Below are positions 50,837-58,705 of a stretch of DNA of 60,929 nt, piece by piece. The notes below the pieces were generated by a model. That model was given only the letters and a program-made list of their open reading frames with translations. It made no database searches and was not told the origin of the DNA. The stretch is from Anaerolineae bacterium. GTDB taxonomy: Bacteria > Chloroflexota > Anaerolineae > B4-G1. Within the stretch, counting starts at the first letter, position 1. Each line of letters opens with the position of its first letter. The position numbers were made by a program, and so were the translations under genes. Location: positions 1 through 60,929 of the forward strand of contig DATKTN010000171.1 in the NCBI GenBank assembly GCA_035531135.1, written 5' to 3'.

Positions 50837-52672
50837 ATGTCCGATCTGACCTGTGACGTGCGACTGCAGCCCGGCGCGGAACGGGTGCTGGAGGTCGCAG
50901 CAGCCGGCCGCTTCGCCGGTCCGATCCCCTACCGCCTGCAGTTGCAGGCCGAGCGGCTGGCGCTCGTCGTCGGCTTCGACGAACTGGTCTGCCTGGACGC
51001 CCTCCATTTCACCCCCTTCGACTACCAGGTCAAGGCCGCGCAGGCTGCGCTGCGCCGCTTCCGCGGCCGGGGCCTCCTGTGCGACGAGGTCGGGCTGGGC
51101 AAGACGATCGAGGCCGGGATGGTGCTCAAAGAGTACCTGCTGCGCCAGATGGTTGGCCGCGTGCTCATCATCACCCCGCCCGCGCTGGTCGAGCAGTGGC
51201 GGGAGGAGCTGGCGAGCAAGTTCGGACTGACCGACTTTGTCGCCAACTATGACCCCGAGTTCCGCGAGCTGGGCTCGCAGGCCTGGGCCGCCTTCCCGCG
51301 CGTGATCGCCTCGCTGGCCACGGCCCGCCGCCGCGAACACCGCCGCGTCATCACGGACATCGTCTACGACCTGGTGATCGTCGACGAGGCGCATCACCTC
51401 AAGAACCGCGCCAGCGTCTCCTGGAAGTTTGTCAACGCACTCCAGAAAAAGTACATCCTGATGCTCACCGCCACGCCGGTGCAGAACAGCCTGGACGAGC
51501 TGTACAACCTGATCACCATCCTCAAGCCCGGCCAGCTCAAGACGCCGCGCGAGTTCCGCCGCCACTTTGTCGTCCAGGGTGACCCGCGCCTGCCCAAGAA
51601 CCGGGGGCGGCTGCGCGAACTCCTCGCCGACGTGATGGTGCGCCACGCGCGGGGGCAGGTGGGCGTACAACTCCCGCCCCGGCGCGCCCACACCGTGCAG
51701 TTGCAACTGGGACCCGACGAGCGGGCTCTCTACGCCGACGTGAGCAATTTCGTGCGCAGTTGCATCCGCGCGCCGGCGTCCTCCGAACCGTCTTCTTCCC
51801 CTTCCCTCGCAGGGGCGGATGCCGGGGGCGTGGATCAGGAAGATGCGGTGCTTTCGGCCGTCCACCGCTTCACGCTGCGCACGCTCCAGCGCGAGATCGG
51901 CAGCTCCCCGGCTGCCGTGCGCCCCACCTTGATGCGGCTGGCCGAGCGCCCCGAGATGGCTCCCCATCGCGACGTGCTGCTGGGCCTGGCCGACCGCGCC
52001 GGCGCTGTCCAGTCCTGGGCCAAGGGGAAGGCGCTGGAGCGGCTTCTTTTTTCCCAACTGGCCTCCGACGGGCGGGAGAAGCTGATCATCTTCACCCACT
52101 TCCGGGCCACGCTCGAGCTGCTGGCGGATCTGATGCGCGGGATGGGGGTGGACTTTGTGCAATACCACGGCCAGCTCCCGCGGACAGACAAGGACGCGGC
52201 CATCCGCCGGTTTGAGCAGAGTGCCCAGGTGCTCCTGTCGACGGAGGCCGCTGGCGAGGGGCGCAACCTCCAGTTCTGCCGCCTCATGCTCAACTTTGAC
52301 CTGCCCTGGAACCCGCAGCGCATCGAGCAGCGCGTTGGCCGCATCCACCGCATCGGCCAGACCCGGCCGGTCGAGATATTCAACCTCTCGGCCGAGGGGA
52401 CGATCGAGGATTACATCCTGCAGCTCCTCGACCGCAAGTTGAACATGTTCGAACTCGTCATCGGCGAGATGGACATGATCCTGGGCTACATGGAGGACGA
52501 GCGCGACTTTGAGGAGATCGTGATGGACGTGTGGATGCAGGCCCGCACGCCGGAGGAGGAGGAGGCCGGCTTCGAGCAACTCGGCAGCCTGCTGGCCCGG
52601 GCGCAGGAGACCTACCAGCACACCCGCGAGTACGACGAGGCGCTGTTCGGGGAGGACTTTGAGGCCGAATGA
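50837..52672 (+). CDS. SNF2/RapA-like (YqhH-like) SF2 helicase
   Basis: LLCDEVGLGKT, DEAHH, LTATP, STEAAGEGRNLQF, EQRVGRIHRIG. Confidence 0.93.
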   Translation: MSDLTCDVRLQPGAERVLEVAAAGRFAGPIPYRLQLQAERLALVVGFDELVCLDALHFTPFDYQVKAAQAALRRFRGRGLLCDEVGLGKTIEAGMVLKEYLLRQMVGRVLIITPPALVEQWREELASKFGLTDFVANYDPEFRELGSQAWAAFPRVIASLATARRREHRRVITDIVYDLVIVDEAHHLKNRASVSWKFVNALQKKYILMLTATPVQNSLDELYNLITILKPGQLKTPREFRRHFVVQGDPRLPKNRGRLRELLADVMVRHARGQVGVQLPPRRAHTVQLQLGPDERALYADVSNFVRSCIRAPASSEPSSSPSLAGADAGGVDQEDAVLSAVHRFTLRTLQREIGSSPAAVRPTLMRLAERPEMAPHRDVLLGLADRAGAVQSWAKGKALERLLFSQLASDGREKLIIFTHFRATLELLADLMRGMGVDFVQYHGQLPRTDKDAAIRRFEQSAQVLLSTEAAGEGRNLQFCRLMLNFDLPWNPQRIEQRVGRIHRIGQTRPVEIFNLSAEGTIEDYILQLLDRKLNMFELVIGEMDMILGYMEDERDFEEIVMDVWMQARTPEEEEAGFEQLGSLLARAQETYQHTREYDEALFGEDFEAE

Positions 52673-54513
52673 GCGAGCTGGCCGATTTCGTGTTGAACGC
52701 GGTCCGCCAGGCCGACGGCATCGTCGAGCCGCCGGCCTATGGCATCTACGAGGTGCTCCTGCCCGAGGAGGTGGCCCGCCGCTGGGACGTGCCCGCTTAT
52801 CAGCGAATGGCCTTTGCCGGCGAGTCCCCGGCGAAGAGCGCCGAAGCGGATGACGTCTCCGTCGTGGGCTATGGCCACCCGCTAATCGACACGCTGATGG
52901 TCGAGATCCGCGCCGAGCCTGCCTGTGTGCAGGTCTACGTCAACGACGTGCGGCTCGACAAGCGTGGGTTGCTCGCGCTGGCCCGCCAGGCGCTGGCCCT
53001 CCCCAACGCCCGCCTGTCCGCGGTGCCGCACAAGAGCGAGACGGCGGCGCTGTGCCACTATGTGCGCTTCAATTTCAAGGCGGCATTGATCACCGACGAG
53101 AAGCGGGAGCGGCTGGTCTCGGTCGTGATGGACGCACAGGCCGGGTTCGCGGCCCCCGAGCTCGCGCACGTCGAGCAACTGGTGCGACTGGAGGCGGAAC
53201 CGGCTTTTGGGCACCTCGCGTCCGCGCCGGTGCGCTGGCTGCCGGGGGGCCAGGTGCTGGGCGTGCCTGTGCTGGAGGGGCTGCTGGAGCGGGCGACCCG
53301 TGCCGCGCTGGGCGAACTGGCCGCGCCGCTGGAGACGCTGCGCCGCCGGTCCGCTCGCTACCTGGAACTCGACCAGGCTCGCCTCACCGAGTATTATGAC
53401 GACATCGCCCGCGACCTGCAGCGCCGCGTCGAGCGCGCCAGCGACGACGCCCGGCGCGCCTCACTGGAGGACAAGCTGGCCGCCGTGCAGGTCGAGCGGG
53501 AGGCCAAGCTGGCCGACGTCGAGGCCAAGTACCGCCTGCGCGTGGAACTTGACCTGATCAACCTGCAGGTCATCGTCCAGCCCAAGCTTCTTCTCCCCGT
53601 GCACGTCGGGAACCGCACGGCCACGATAGAGCGCACCGTCGTCTGGGACCCGCTGTTGCATCGCCTCGAGCCGCTGGCCTGCGACGTGTGCGGGCGGCCA
53701 TCGACGCGGCTGACGCTGTGCAGCGGTGGGCACCTGGCGCACGAGGACTGCCTGCTGGCGGAGCAGTGCGTGGACTGCAAGCGCGTCTACTGCCGGTTGT
53801 GCGCCGACCAGATGAGCCGTTGCGTGGTGTGCGATCGGCCGGTGTGCGAGCACAGCCTGAACGTCTGCCCCGATTGTGGGCGGGGTACCTGCCGCGAACA
53901 CGTGGGGCTGTGCCACGCCGCCGACGGCCAGCCGGCCCCTCCCCCCTCCGCCCCTTCCCCGGAGCCGGAAGCTGAACCGGTTCCTGCCCCCGAACCGGTC
54001 TCGCCCCCGCCTCCCGTCGAGGAGGTGGAGGAGACGCCCCCTCTGCCTCTTACCTCCCCCCCCGTGGGGGGGATGGAGGGGGGGCGCAGGGAGGCGAGGC
54101 CCGAGACGACCGCCCGTCCCACTCGCCGGGCCCGCCGTCCTGCCAGGCAGCCGTCCCGCGCACCCACCGCCGCCAAGATCGAGGTATACGTGGACCCTCG
54201 TGCGCCCGTCGTCGACGCCTTCGTCCTGACGAAGGGAAAGAAGCAGATCGCCGTGCGCTCCTGGGCGCTGACCGGAGCTGGCATCGAGGTCACGTGCCGG
54301 TGTGAGAAATGGCACCGCTGCCCGGCGGACGGGATGGTCCTGGAGCCGGCGGACGGGTCCAGCGTCGAGGCACTGATCGAGGCGCAGATCGAGGACCTGC
54401 GGCGGGAGTACGGCGTCCCCGCCCGGCGCGTCTACCGCTACGCCGTCGTCCGCGGCGCCTCGCGCCAGGTGCCGCGCGTCGTACTGCGGAGGGACTGGAG
54501 GACGGAACGCTGA
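52669..54513 (+). CDS. Helicase partner: YqhG-like N-terminus, coiled coil, multi-zinc-finger array, Pro-rich linker, C-terminal CxC..HxC domain
   Basis: ATGA overlap with the helicase stop; CDVC, CSGGH, CVDC, CRLC, CVVC, CEH, CPDC, CREH, CH; later CRCEKWHRC. Confidence 0.78.
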   Translation: MSELADFVLNAVRQADGIVEPPAYGIYEVLLPEEVARRWDVPAYQRMAFAGESPAKSAEADDVSVVGYGHPLIDTLMVEIRAEPACVQVYVNDVRLDKRGLLALARQALALPNARLSAVPHKSETAALCHYVRFNFKAALITDEKRERLVSVVMDAQAGFAAPELAHVEQLVRLEAEPAFGHLASAPVRWLPGGQVLGVPVLEGLLERATRAALGELAAPLETLRRRSARYLELDQARLTEYYDDIARDLQRRVERASDDARRASLEDKLAAVQVEREAKLADVEAKYRLRVELDLINLQVIVQPKLLLPVHVGNRTATIERTVVWDPLLHRLEPLACDVCGRPSTRLTLCSGGHLAHEDCLLAEQCVDCKRVYCRLCADQMSRCVVCDRPVCEHSLNVCPDCGRGTCREHVGLCHAADGQPAPPPSAPSPEPEAEPVPAPEPVSPPPPVEEVEETPPLPLTSPPVGGMEGGRREARPETTARPTRRARRPARQPSRAPTAAKIEVYVDPRAPVVDAFVLTKGKKQIAVRSWALTGAGIEVTCRCEKWHRCPADGMVLEPADGSSVEALIEAQIEDLRREYGVPARRVYRYAVVRGASRQVPRVVLRRDWRTER

Positions 54514-54564
54514 GCACGGCGGGTGGCTGAACGCAAAGACCCTTTCATAGGGCACTTGACCCTG

Positions 54565-54596
54565 TCGCCCCAACCTGAAACGGTTGGGGCGATTTT
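54565..54596 (+). terminator. Hairpin/terminator after the helicase operon (copy 1)
   Basis: tcgccccaacc-tgaaac-ggttggggcga followed by TTTT. Confidence 0.75.
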
Positions 54597-54616
54597 GGTG
54601 TGCCCGGACATCTCGC

Positions 54617-54661
54617 GAAACGCCCCACGAAACGCTTTTGAAACGCCGCTTGTGGTATACT
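54617..54661 (+). promoter_or_regulatory. Three phased GAAACGC direct repeats and an extended -10
   Basis: GAAACGC at 54617, 54629 and 54640; TGGTATACT at 54653-54661. Confidence 0.55.
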
Positions 54662-54787
54662 CATACTGACATTGAGAACCAATGGATGAATGAGCAAATG
54701 AGAGTACATAAAAGAACAGGACGAACCTCTCAAGACAGACTGTTGCTCAGCCTAAAATAGAAGTCCAGAATAAATACCAGGAGGTAA

Positions 54788-55489
54788 GTGATGACAACCA
54801 ATCGTAGAGTTAGCAGCTCACAGGAACACATTATCGAGCGCCGGTCCAGGCGACCCTTGATTGCCAAGACCATCTTGACGGCCGGACTGATCCTGGGTGT
54901 TCTAGTGGCTCCCTTTCTGCTAGCAGATAGCAAGTCGGCCGCTGCTCCCATCAAAGATGATCCGTGCGCACCGTGTGCCTCTGAGGTCACCCGATTCAAT
55001 GACAGCGGTGTAGGTGCGTTGTTCGCCGTGGGAGATGCGGCCAGCGCCATCCGGTACAGTGATAGCGGCGTGGGTGCGTTGTTCGCCGCGAGAGAGGCGG
55101 CCAGCGCCACCCGGTACAGTGATAGCGGCGCGAGTGCGTTGTTCGCCGTGGGAGATGCGGCCAGCGCCACCCGGTACAGTGATAGCGGCGCGAGTGCGTT
55201 GTTCGCCGTGGGAGATGCGGCTAGCGCCATCCGGTACAATGATAGCGGCGTGGGTGCGTTGTTCGCCGTGGGAGATGTGGCCAGCACCATCCGGTACAAC
55301 GATAGCGGCGCGAGTGCGTTGTTCGCCGCGAGAGAGGCGGCCAGCGCCATCCGGTACAATGATAGCGGTGTGGGTGCATTGTTCGCCGTGGGAGATGCGG
55401 CCAGCGCCATCCGGTACAACGATAGCGGTGTAGGTGTGTTGTTCACCGCGAGAGAGGCGGCCAGCGTCGTGGCCAGCGCTGCCCGGTAG
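54788..55489 (+). CDS. Secreted/membrane-anchored protein with eight 20-aa tandem repeats
   Basis: AGGAGGT RBS, basic N-region and hydrophobic segment, CAPC, repeats RY(N/S)DSG(VG/AS)ALFA(VGD/ARE)AASA(I/T). Confidence 0.8.
   Translation: MMTTNRRVSSSQEHIIERRSRRPLIAKTILTAGLILGVLVAPFLLADSKSAAAPIKDDPCAPCASEVTRFNDSGVGALFAVGDAASAIRYSDSGVGALFAAREAASATRYSDSGASALFAVGDAASATRYSDSGASALFAVGDAASAIRYNDSGVGALFAVGDVASTIRYNDSGASALFAAREAASAIRYNDSGVGALFAVGDAASAIRYNDSGVGVLFTAREAASVVASAAR
54992..55471 (+). repeat. 60-nt tandem repeat x8
   Basis: Units start at 54992, 55052, 55112, 55172, 55232, 55292, 55352 and 55412. Confidence 0.95.
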
Positions 55490-55533
55490 AACGGCCTGGC
55501 TGCGCAAGCCCTCGCGTGGCTGCCGGCGAACCG

Positions 55534-55562
55534 ACCGCCCCGACCTGAACGGTTGGGGCGGT
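55534..55562 (+). terminator. Hairpin (copy 2) after the repeat protein
   Basis: accgccccgacc-tgaac-ggttggggcggt, nearly identical to 54565. Confidence 0.65.
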
Positions 55563-55769
55563 TCCGCGTTTGACTTTTGCGCCGAGCGGCAATACAATGT
55601 GTGGAGCAACACAACTCAGGACGATGATTTGCCCGGTGCCTTGGCCTACATTTCGCACCCTGCGGCGGAGAATGGATGCGCCAACTCGTTGGCGTCTTTG
55701 GCAAGCGTGGAGCCCCACGTGGGCAGTCGATGTCGGTGCCGAGATTACCGAATCATGTTGGGGGACATC

Positions 55770-56040
55770 TTTTTGGTTCGCGGCGTCGCGCAGTTGGACA
55801 GCGAGGAGGGCGATGGGGAGTGGACCGTGTTCAACAAGGACACGGGCTTGTTGAACGACTACGTGGTGGCGATGAGCACGGATTCGCGCGGCAACGTGTG
55901 GGTTTCCCATGCCTTTGGCGATCTCAGCCGGTGGGACGGCGCGGGTTGGACGCACTTCCCCGCCGGGGCGGACGGGCGTGCCGACAAAGACCTGGGCCGC
56001 TGCGTGGAGGATCGCCAGGGGAGGCCGTGGTCTATACGCC
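55770..56040 (+). pseudogene. Remnant of a beta-propeller (two-component regulator propeller-like) gene
   Basis: GEWTVFNKDTGLLNDYVVAMSTDSRGNVWV...LSRWDGAGWTHF...EDRQGRPW; no credible start, sequence degenerates on both sides. Confidence 0.55.
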
Positions 56041-56122
56041 GTGAGACGTCACGCTGGTCGAGTCGATCAAGCGGGGCGGCCAGAGGTGTAGGTTCAAGAT
56101 TCGACTTTGAAAGGAGGTTATC

Positions 56123-56281
56123 GTGAAGAAAAATCAACTGATCGGAGGCGTTGTCTTACTGGTGTTAGCTGCGTTGATCTTTTTGTTCCTGGAGACTAGC
56201 GCATCAATACCTGCAGCAATAACTCTGACGATAGTAGGGCTGGTGCTGGTTGTGACCGCCAGAAAGAGGCAATCACAATAG
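56123..56281 (+). CDS. 52-aa two-TM membrane protein (below ORF-track cutoff)
   Basis: AGGAGGT plus GTG; MKKNQLIGGVVLLVLAALIFLFLETSASIPAAITLTIVGLVLVVTARKRQSQ*. Confidence 0.7.
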   Translation: MKKNQLIGGVVLLVLAALIFLFLETSASIPAAITLTIVGLVLVVTARKRQSQ

Positions 56282-56348
56282 AAAGTTCGTCTAATCTTTG
56301 CTCGTGATAAGGGAATCAGGTGACGCAAAAGTGGCAGCAACACAGCAA

Positions 56349-56738
56349 ATGCTTCGGAAAAAGATAGTCATCGTGAGTGTGGTGATCCCGGTTGCGCTAC
56401 TCCATTTCTTCACGGGTAGCAATTACAGAGGTCCATACCCGGGATTTGTCAACGGCTATTTACTCGACATCCTTCTTCCTCTTGCCCTCTACTTCTTGTT
56501 ATGTGTTGGCGGGTTCTCTCTATTGACGTCCTGGACTGTCAAGAGTATCCTGGTGTTCGGAGTTGGTGCTGTCGTGGAGATTGCACAATTCTTTGGTGTT
56601 CCAATATTCGGCCGCACCTTTGATCCTGTGGACTTTGTCATGTATGGGACAGGGGTCATATTCGCAGCGATTCTTGATACCACAGTGTTTCCCCGAATCT
56701 TTGATTTCTGGGTGCCTGAAGCCAATGAATCGACCTAG
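56349..56738 (+). CDS. Small membrane protein, DUF2809-like
   Basis: GYLLDILLP, VEIAQFFG, GRTFDPVDF..Y..G. Confidence 0.65.
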   Translation: MLRKKIVIVSVVIPVALLHFFTGSNYRGPYPGFVNGYLLDILLPLALYFLLCVGGFSLLTSWTVKSILVFGVGAVVEIAQFFGVPIFGRTFDPVDFVMYGTGVIFAAILDTTVFPRIFDFWVPEANEST

Positions 56739-56840
56739 CGGTTATTCCGCTTCTCTTTCCTGTGCCCCAACTATCTTAAGTTCCACTCTTTCATCGACTT
56801 TCAAGCGTGGCCTTGTCTGAGTTTATCGAAAGGGGTAACG

Positions 56841-56879
56841 TACACAAAAGGGGGCCGTTTTGCGGCCCCCTTTTGTGTA
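56841..56879. terminator. Bidirectional intrinsic terminator (tRNA-Ser / DUF2809-like gene)
   Basis: 17-bp perfect stem tacacaaaagggggccg/cggcccccttttgtgta. Confidence 0.88.
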
Positions 56880-56897
56880 TGCTACCCTGCTGTCAGG

Positions 56898-56985
56898 CGG
56901 AAGGGGTGGGATTCGAACCCACGGTGGCCACAAGGACCACAACGGTTTTCGAGACCGTCCCGTTCGTCCACTCCGGCACCCTTCC
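56898..56985 (-). tRNA. tRNA-Ser(CGA)
   Basis: GGAAGGG/CCCTTCC acceptor, acggt-ctCGAaa-accgt, long variable arm, GTTCGAATC, discriminator G. Confidence 0.96.
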
Positions 56986-56990
56986 GAGTA

Positions 56991-57071
56991 GATTCAGATA
57001 TGCTCCAGCGGGATTGCCAAATCCCCGCCTCGGACCTGGATCTGGCGACCCAGGCTGAGCAAAACCGAATC
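56991..57071 (-). ncRNA. Candidate 81-nt structured RNA between tadA and tRNA-Ser
   Basis: 5' and 3' ends pair; two mutually exclusive internal folds; G-U pairs favour the minus strand. Confidence 0.45.
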
Positions 57072-57085
57072 GCCTGAGACTGACT

Positions 57086-57550
57086 CTATTCAGTTGACGG
57101 ACCTTCCCGCAACCGGGCAAAGAACCGCTCGAGCAGCGCCTGCGACTCCCCGGCCAGCACCCCGCGCGTGACGGCCACCTGGTGGTTGAAGCGCGGGTCG
57201 CGCAGCAGCTCGACCACCGACCCCGCCGCGCCCGCCTTGGCGTCGTCCGCCCCGTACACCAACTGGGGCAGCCGGGCGGCCACCATCGCGCCCGCACACA
57301 TCGGGCAGGGCTCCAGCGTGCAGTAGAGCGTCACGCCGGCCAGCCGCCAGCCACCCAGCGCGCGGGCCGCCTCTCGGAGCGCGATCATCTCCGCGTGGGC
57401 GGTCGGGTCGGCGTCGGCCTCCCTGCGGTTGTGCCCGCGCCCGACGATGATCCCATCGCGCACGGCCACCGCGCCGACGGGCACGTCCCCGTGGGCCAGC
57501 GCCTGCTCCGCCTCGGCCAGGGCCTCGCGCATCCAGGCTGCGTCGTCCAC
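57086..57550 (-). CDS. tadA: tRNA adenosine(34) deaminase
   Basis: WMREAL, DVPVGAV, PTAHAE, TLEPCPMC, DAKAGAAGS; GTG start 57550. Confidence 0.95.
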   Translation of the reverse strand: MDDAAWMREALAEAEQALAHGDVPVGAVAVRDGIIVGRGHNRREADADPTAHAEMIALREAARALGGWRLAGVTLYCTLEPCPMCAGAMVAARLPQLVYGADDAKAGAAGSVVELLRDPRFNHQVAVTRGVLAGESQALLERFFARLREGPSTE

Positions 57551-57556
57551 GGCGGT

Positions 57557-57585
57557 ATTATAGCACAGGCCAGACCAGGCGGCAA
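57557..57585 (-). promoter_or_regulatory. tadA promoter (leaderless mRNA predicted)
   Basis: TTGCCG-17 nt-TATAAT; the GTG is 6 nt after the -10. Confidence 0.7.
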
Positions 57586-57592
57586 TCTGCCG

Positions 57593-57620
57593 TTGACAAC
57601 CGGCCGCGAGACGGTATAAT
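57593..57620 (+). promoter_or_regulatory. Divergent promoter
   Basis: TTGACA-16 nt-TATAAT. Confidence 0.75.
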
Positions 57621-57662
57621 CCGCGCGGTAAACGACATCTGACACCAGATAGGAGTGAACGA

Positions 57663-58193
57663 GTGAACGTATTTCTGGAAGCGTTGTTGATCTTTGCGCT
57701 GCGGGTGCTGGGCCTCTCCATCGGCACGCTCGCGACGCTGATGACCGTGCAGGGACGCAGGTTCTACGCCACGCTGACGAACGCTCTCAGCGCGCTCGTG
57801 TACGTCGTGGCCATCGGCCGGGTGGTGGCCAACCTGAACAACGTCTGGAACATCCTGGCGTACTGCTGTGGGGTCGCCGCGGGCACGCTGGTCGGCATGG
57901 CCTGGGAGCAGCGGATGGCGCTCGGGTTCGCCGAGGTGCGGTTCATCTCCACCGCGAAAGGCGATGCACTGGCGGATGCGCTACGAGAGGCGGGGTTTGG
58001 CGTGACAGAGCTCTACGGCCACGGGCGTGATCACAGCGTGGGCATCGTCGAGGCCATCGTCCCCCGCAAGAACGTGGACGCCATGCTGGGGATCGCCAGG
58101 TCCGTCGACGAGGATGCCATCGTGACGGTGACCGAGGCCCGCACGGTGCAGCGCGGCTACTGGAAACCCGACGCGCGCAGGGGAGTCAAATAA
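57663..58193 (+). CDS. DUF2179/UPF0316-like membrane protein
   Basis: N-terminal TMs (LRVL...GTL, YCCGVAAGT.VG), C-terminal LREAGFGVT...D.DA.VTV.E. Confidence 0.85.
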   Translation: MNVFLEALLIFALRVLGLSIGTLATLMTVQGRRFYATLTNALSALVYVVAIGRVVANLNNVWNILAYCCGVAAGTLVGMAWEQRMALGFAEVRFISTAKGDALADALREAGFGVTELYGHGRDHSVGIVEAIVPRKNVDAMLGIARSVDEDAIVTVTEARTVQRGYWKPDARRGVK

Positions 58194-58203
58194 ACCCTTT
58201 CAT

Positions 58204-58237
58204 AAACCCTTAGGGTCTTCCGAGACCCTAAGGGTTT
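58204..58237. repeat. REP-like palindrome (ACCCTTAGGGT family)
   Basis: aaacccttagggtct-TCCG-agaccctaagggttt; supplies the stop codon of the convergent minus-strand gene. Confidence 0.82.
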
Positions 58238-58698
58238 TCACGCGGGTGGACTTGCAGCGCCTCGCGCATCTCGATCCGTGCCCTCAGCGCGCTCGCCCGG
58301 CTGTCGTATTTGCCGATGGTGTAGACCCTGGTGCCCAGTTGCAGGTTGAGGTACCAGGTGTCGGAGGGCCGCTCCCGCTCGTCGCCAGCCACGCGCTGGA
58401 GGTCCAGGCGACCGACCTCCGACGGGGGATAGCGACGCTGGCGGGTTTTCAGCCCCAGCAACCGGTTCGTGACGCAGACGTCGCCCGTGCCGGGCTCCAC
58501 GGCGACGCGCAGGTGGGCTTGGTGCAGCACCAGCCCGGCCAGGAGCAGCGGGATGGCGGGGACGAACAGCCACCAGGCACGGTTGATCAGCCCGATCGGC
58601 GCCAGCACGATCCCGCCGGTCCCCAGCAGCAACCACGCCACCATCCTCGTCCGGATGGGCGGGCCGTCGTATAGCACGCTATCACCTTTGCCCGGCAT
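58228..58698 (-). CDS. Hypothetical two-TM protein with soluble C-terminal domain
   Basis: GAGG RBS, two TMs, then a beta-rich domain. Confidence 0.7.
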   Translation of the reverse strand: MPGKGDSVLYDGPPIRTRMVAWLLLGTGGIVLAPIGLINRAWWLFVPAIPLLLAGLVLHQAHLRVAVEPGTGDVCVTNRLLGLKTRQRRYPPSEVGRLDLQRVAGDERERPSDTWYLNLQLGTRVYTIGKYDSRASALRARIEMREALQVHPRENP

Positions 58699-58705
58699 AC
58701 CTCTT

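Noticed and set aside
50567-54573. Long minus-strand ORFs (684 aa, 370 aa) and similar ones at 9402, 12451, 19620, 26003, 30999 and 42860
   Set aside because: Antisense shadows of motif-supported genes, expected in high-GC DNA
54565-54596. Integron attC site
   Set aside because: Too short, lacks inner L boxes and proper RYYYAAC/GTTRRRY ends; no integrase
54992-55471. CRISPR array
   Set aside because: Units are near-identical over their whole 60 nt with no unique spacers, they are in frame in a gene with RBS and signal peptide, and there are no cas genes
54730-55704. Antisense 324-aa repeat ORF and other-frame repeat ORFs
   Set aside because: Open only because the repeat lacks stops; no RBS or signal; the plus-strand ORF has both
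56991-57071. SRP RNA (ffs)
   Set aside because: Synteny with tadA is suggestive and CAGGUCC is present, but the GGAA-GGAAGCAG helix-8 signature is absent
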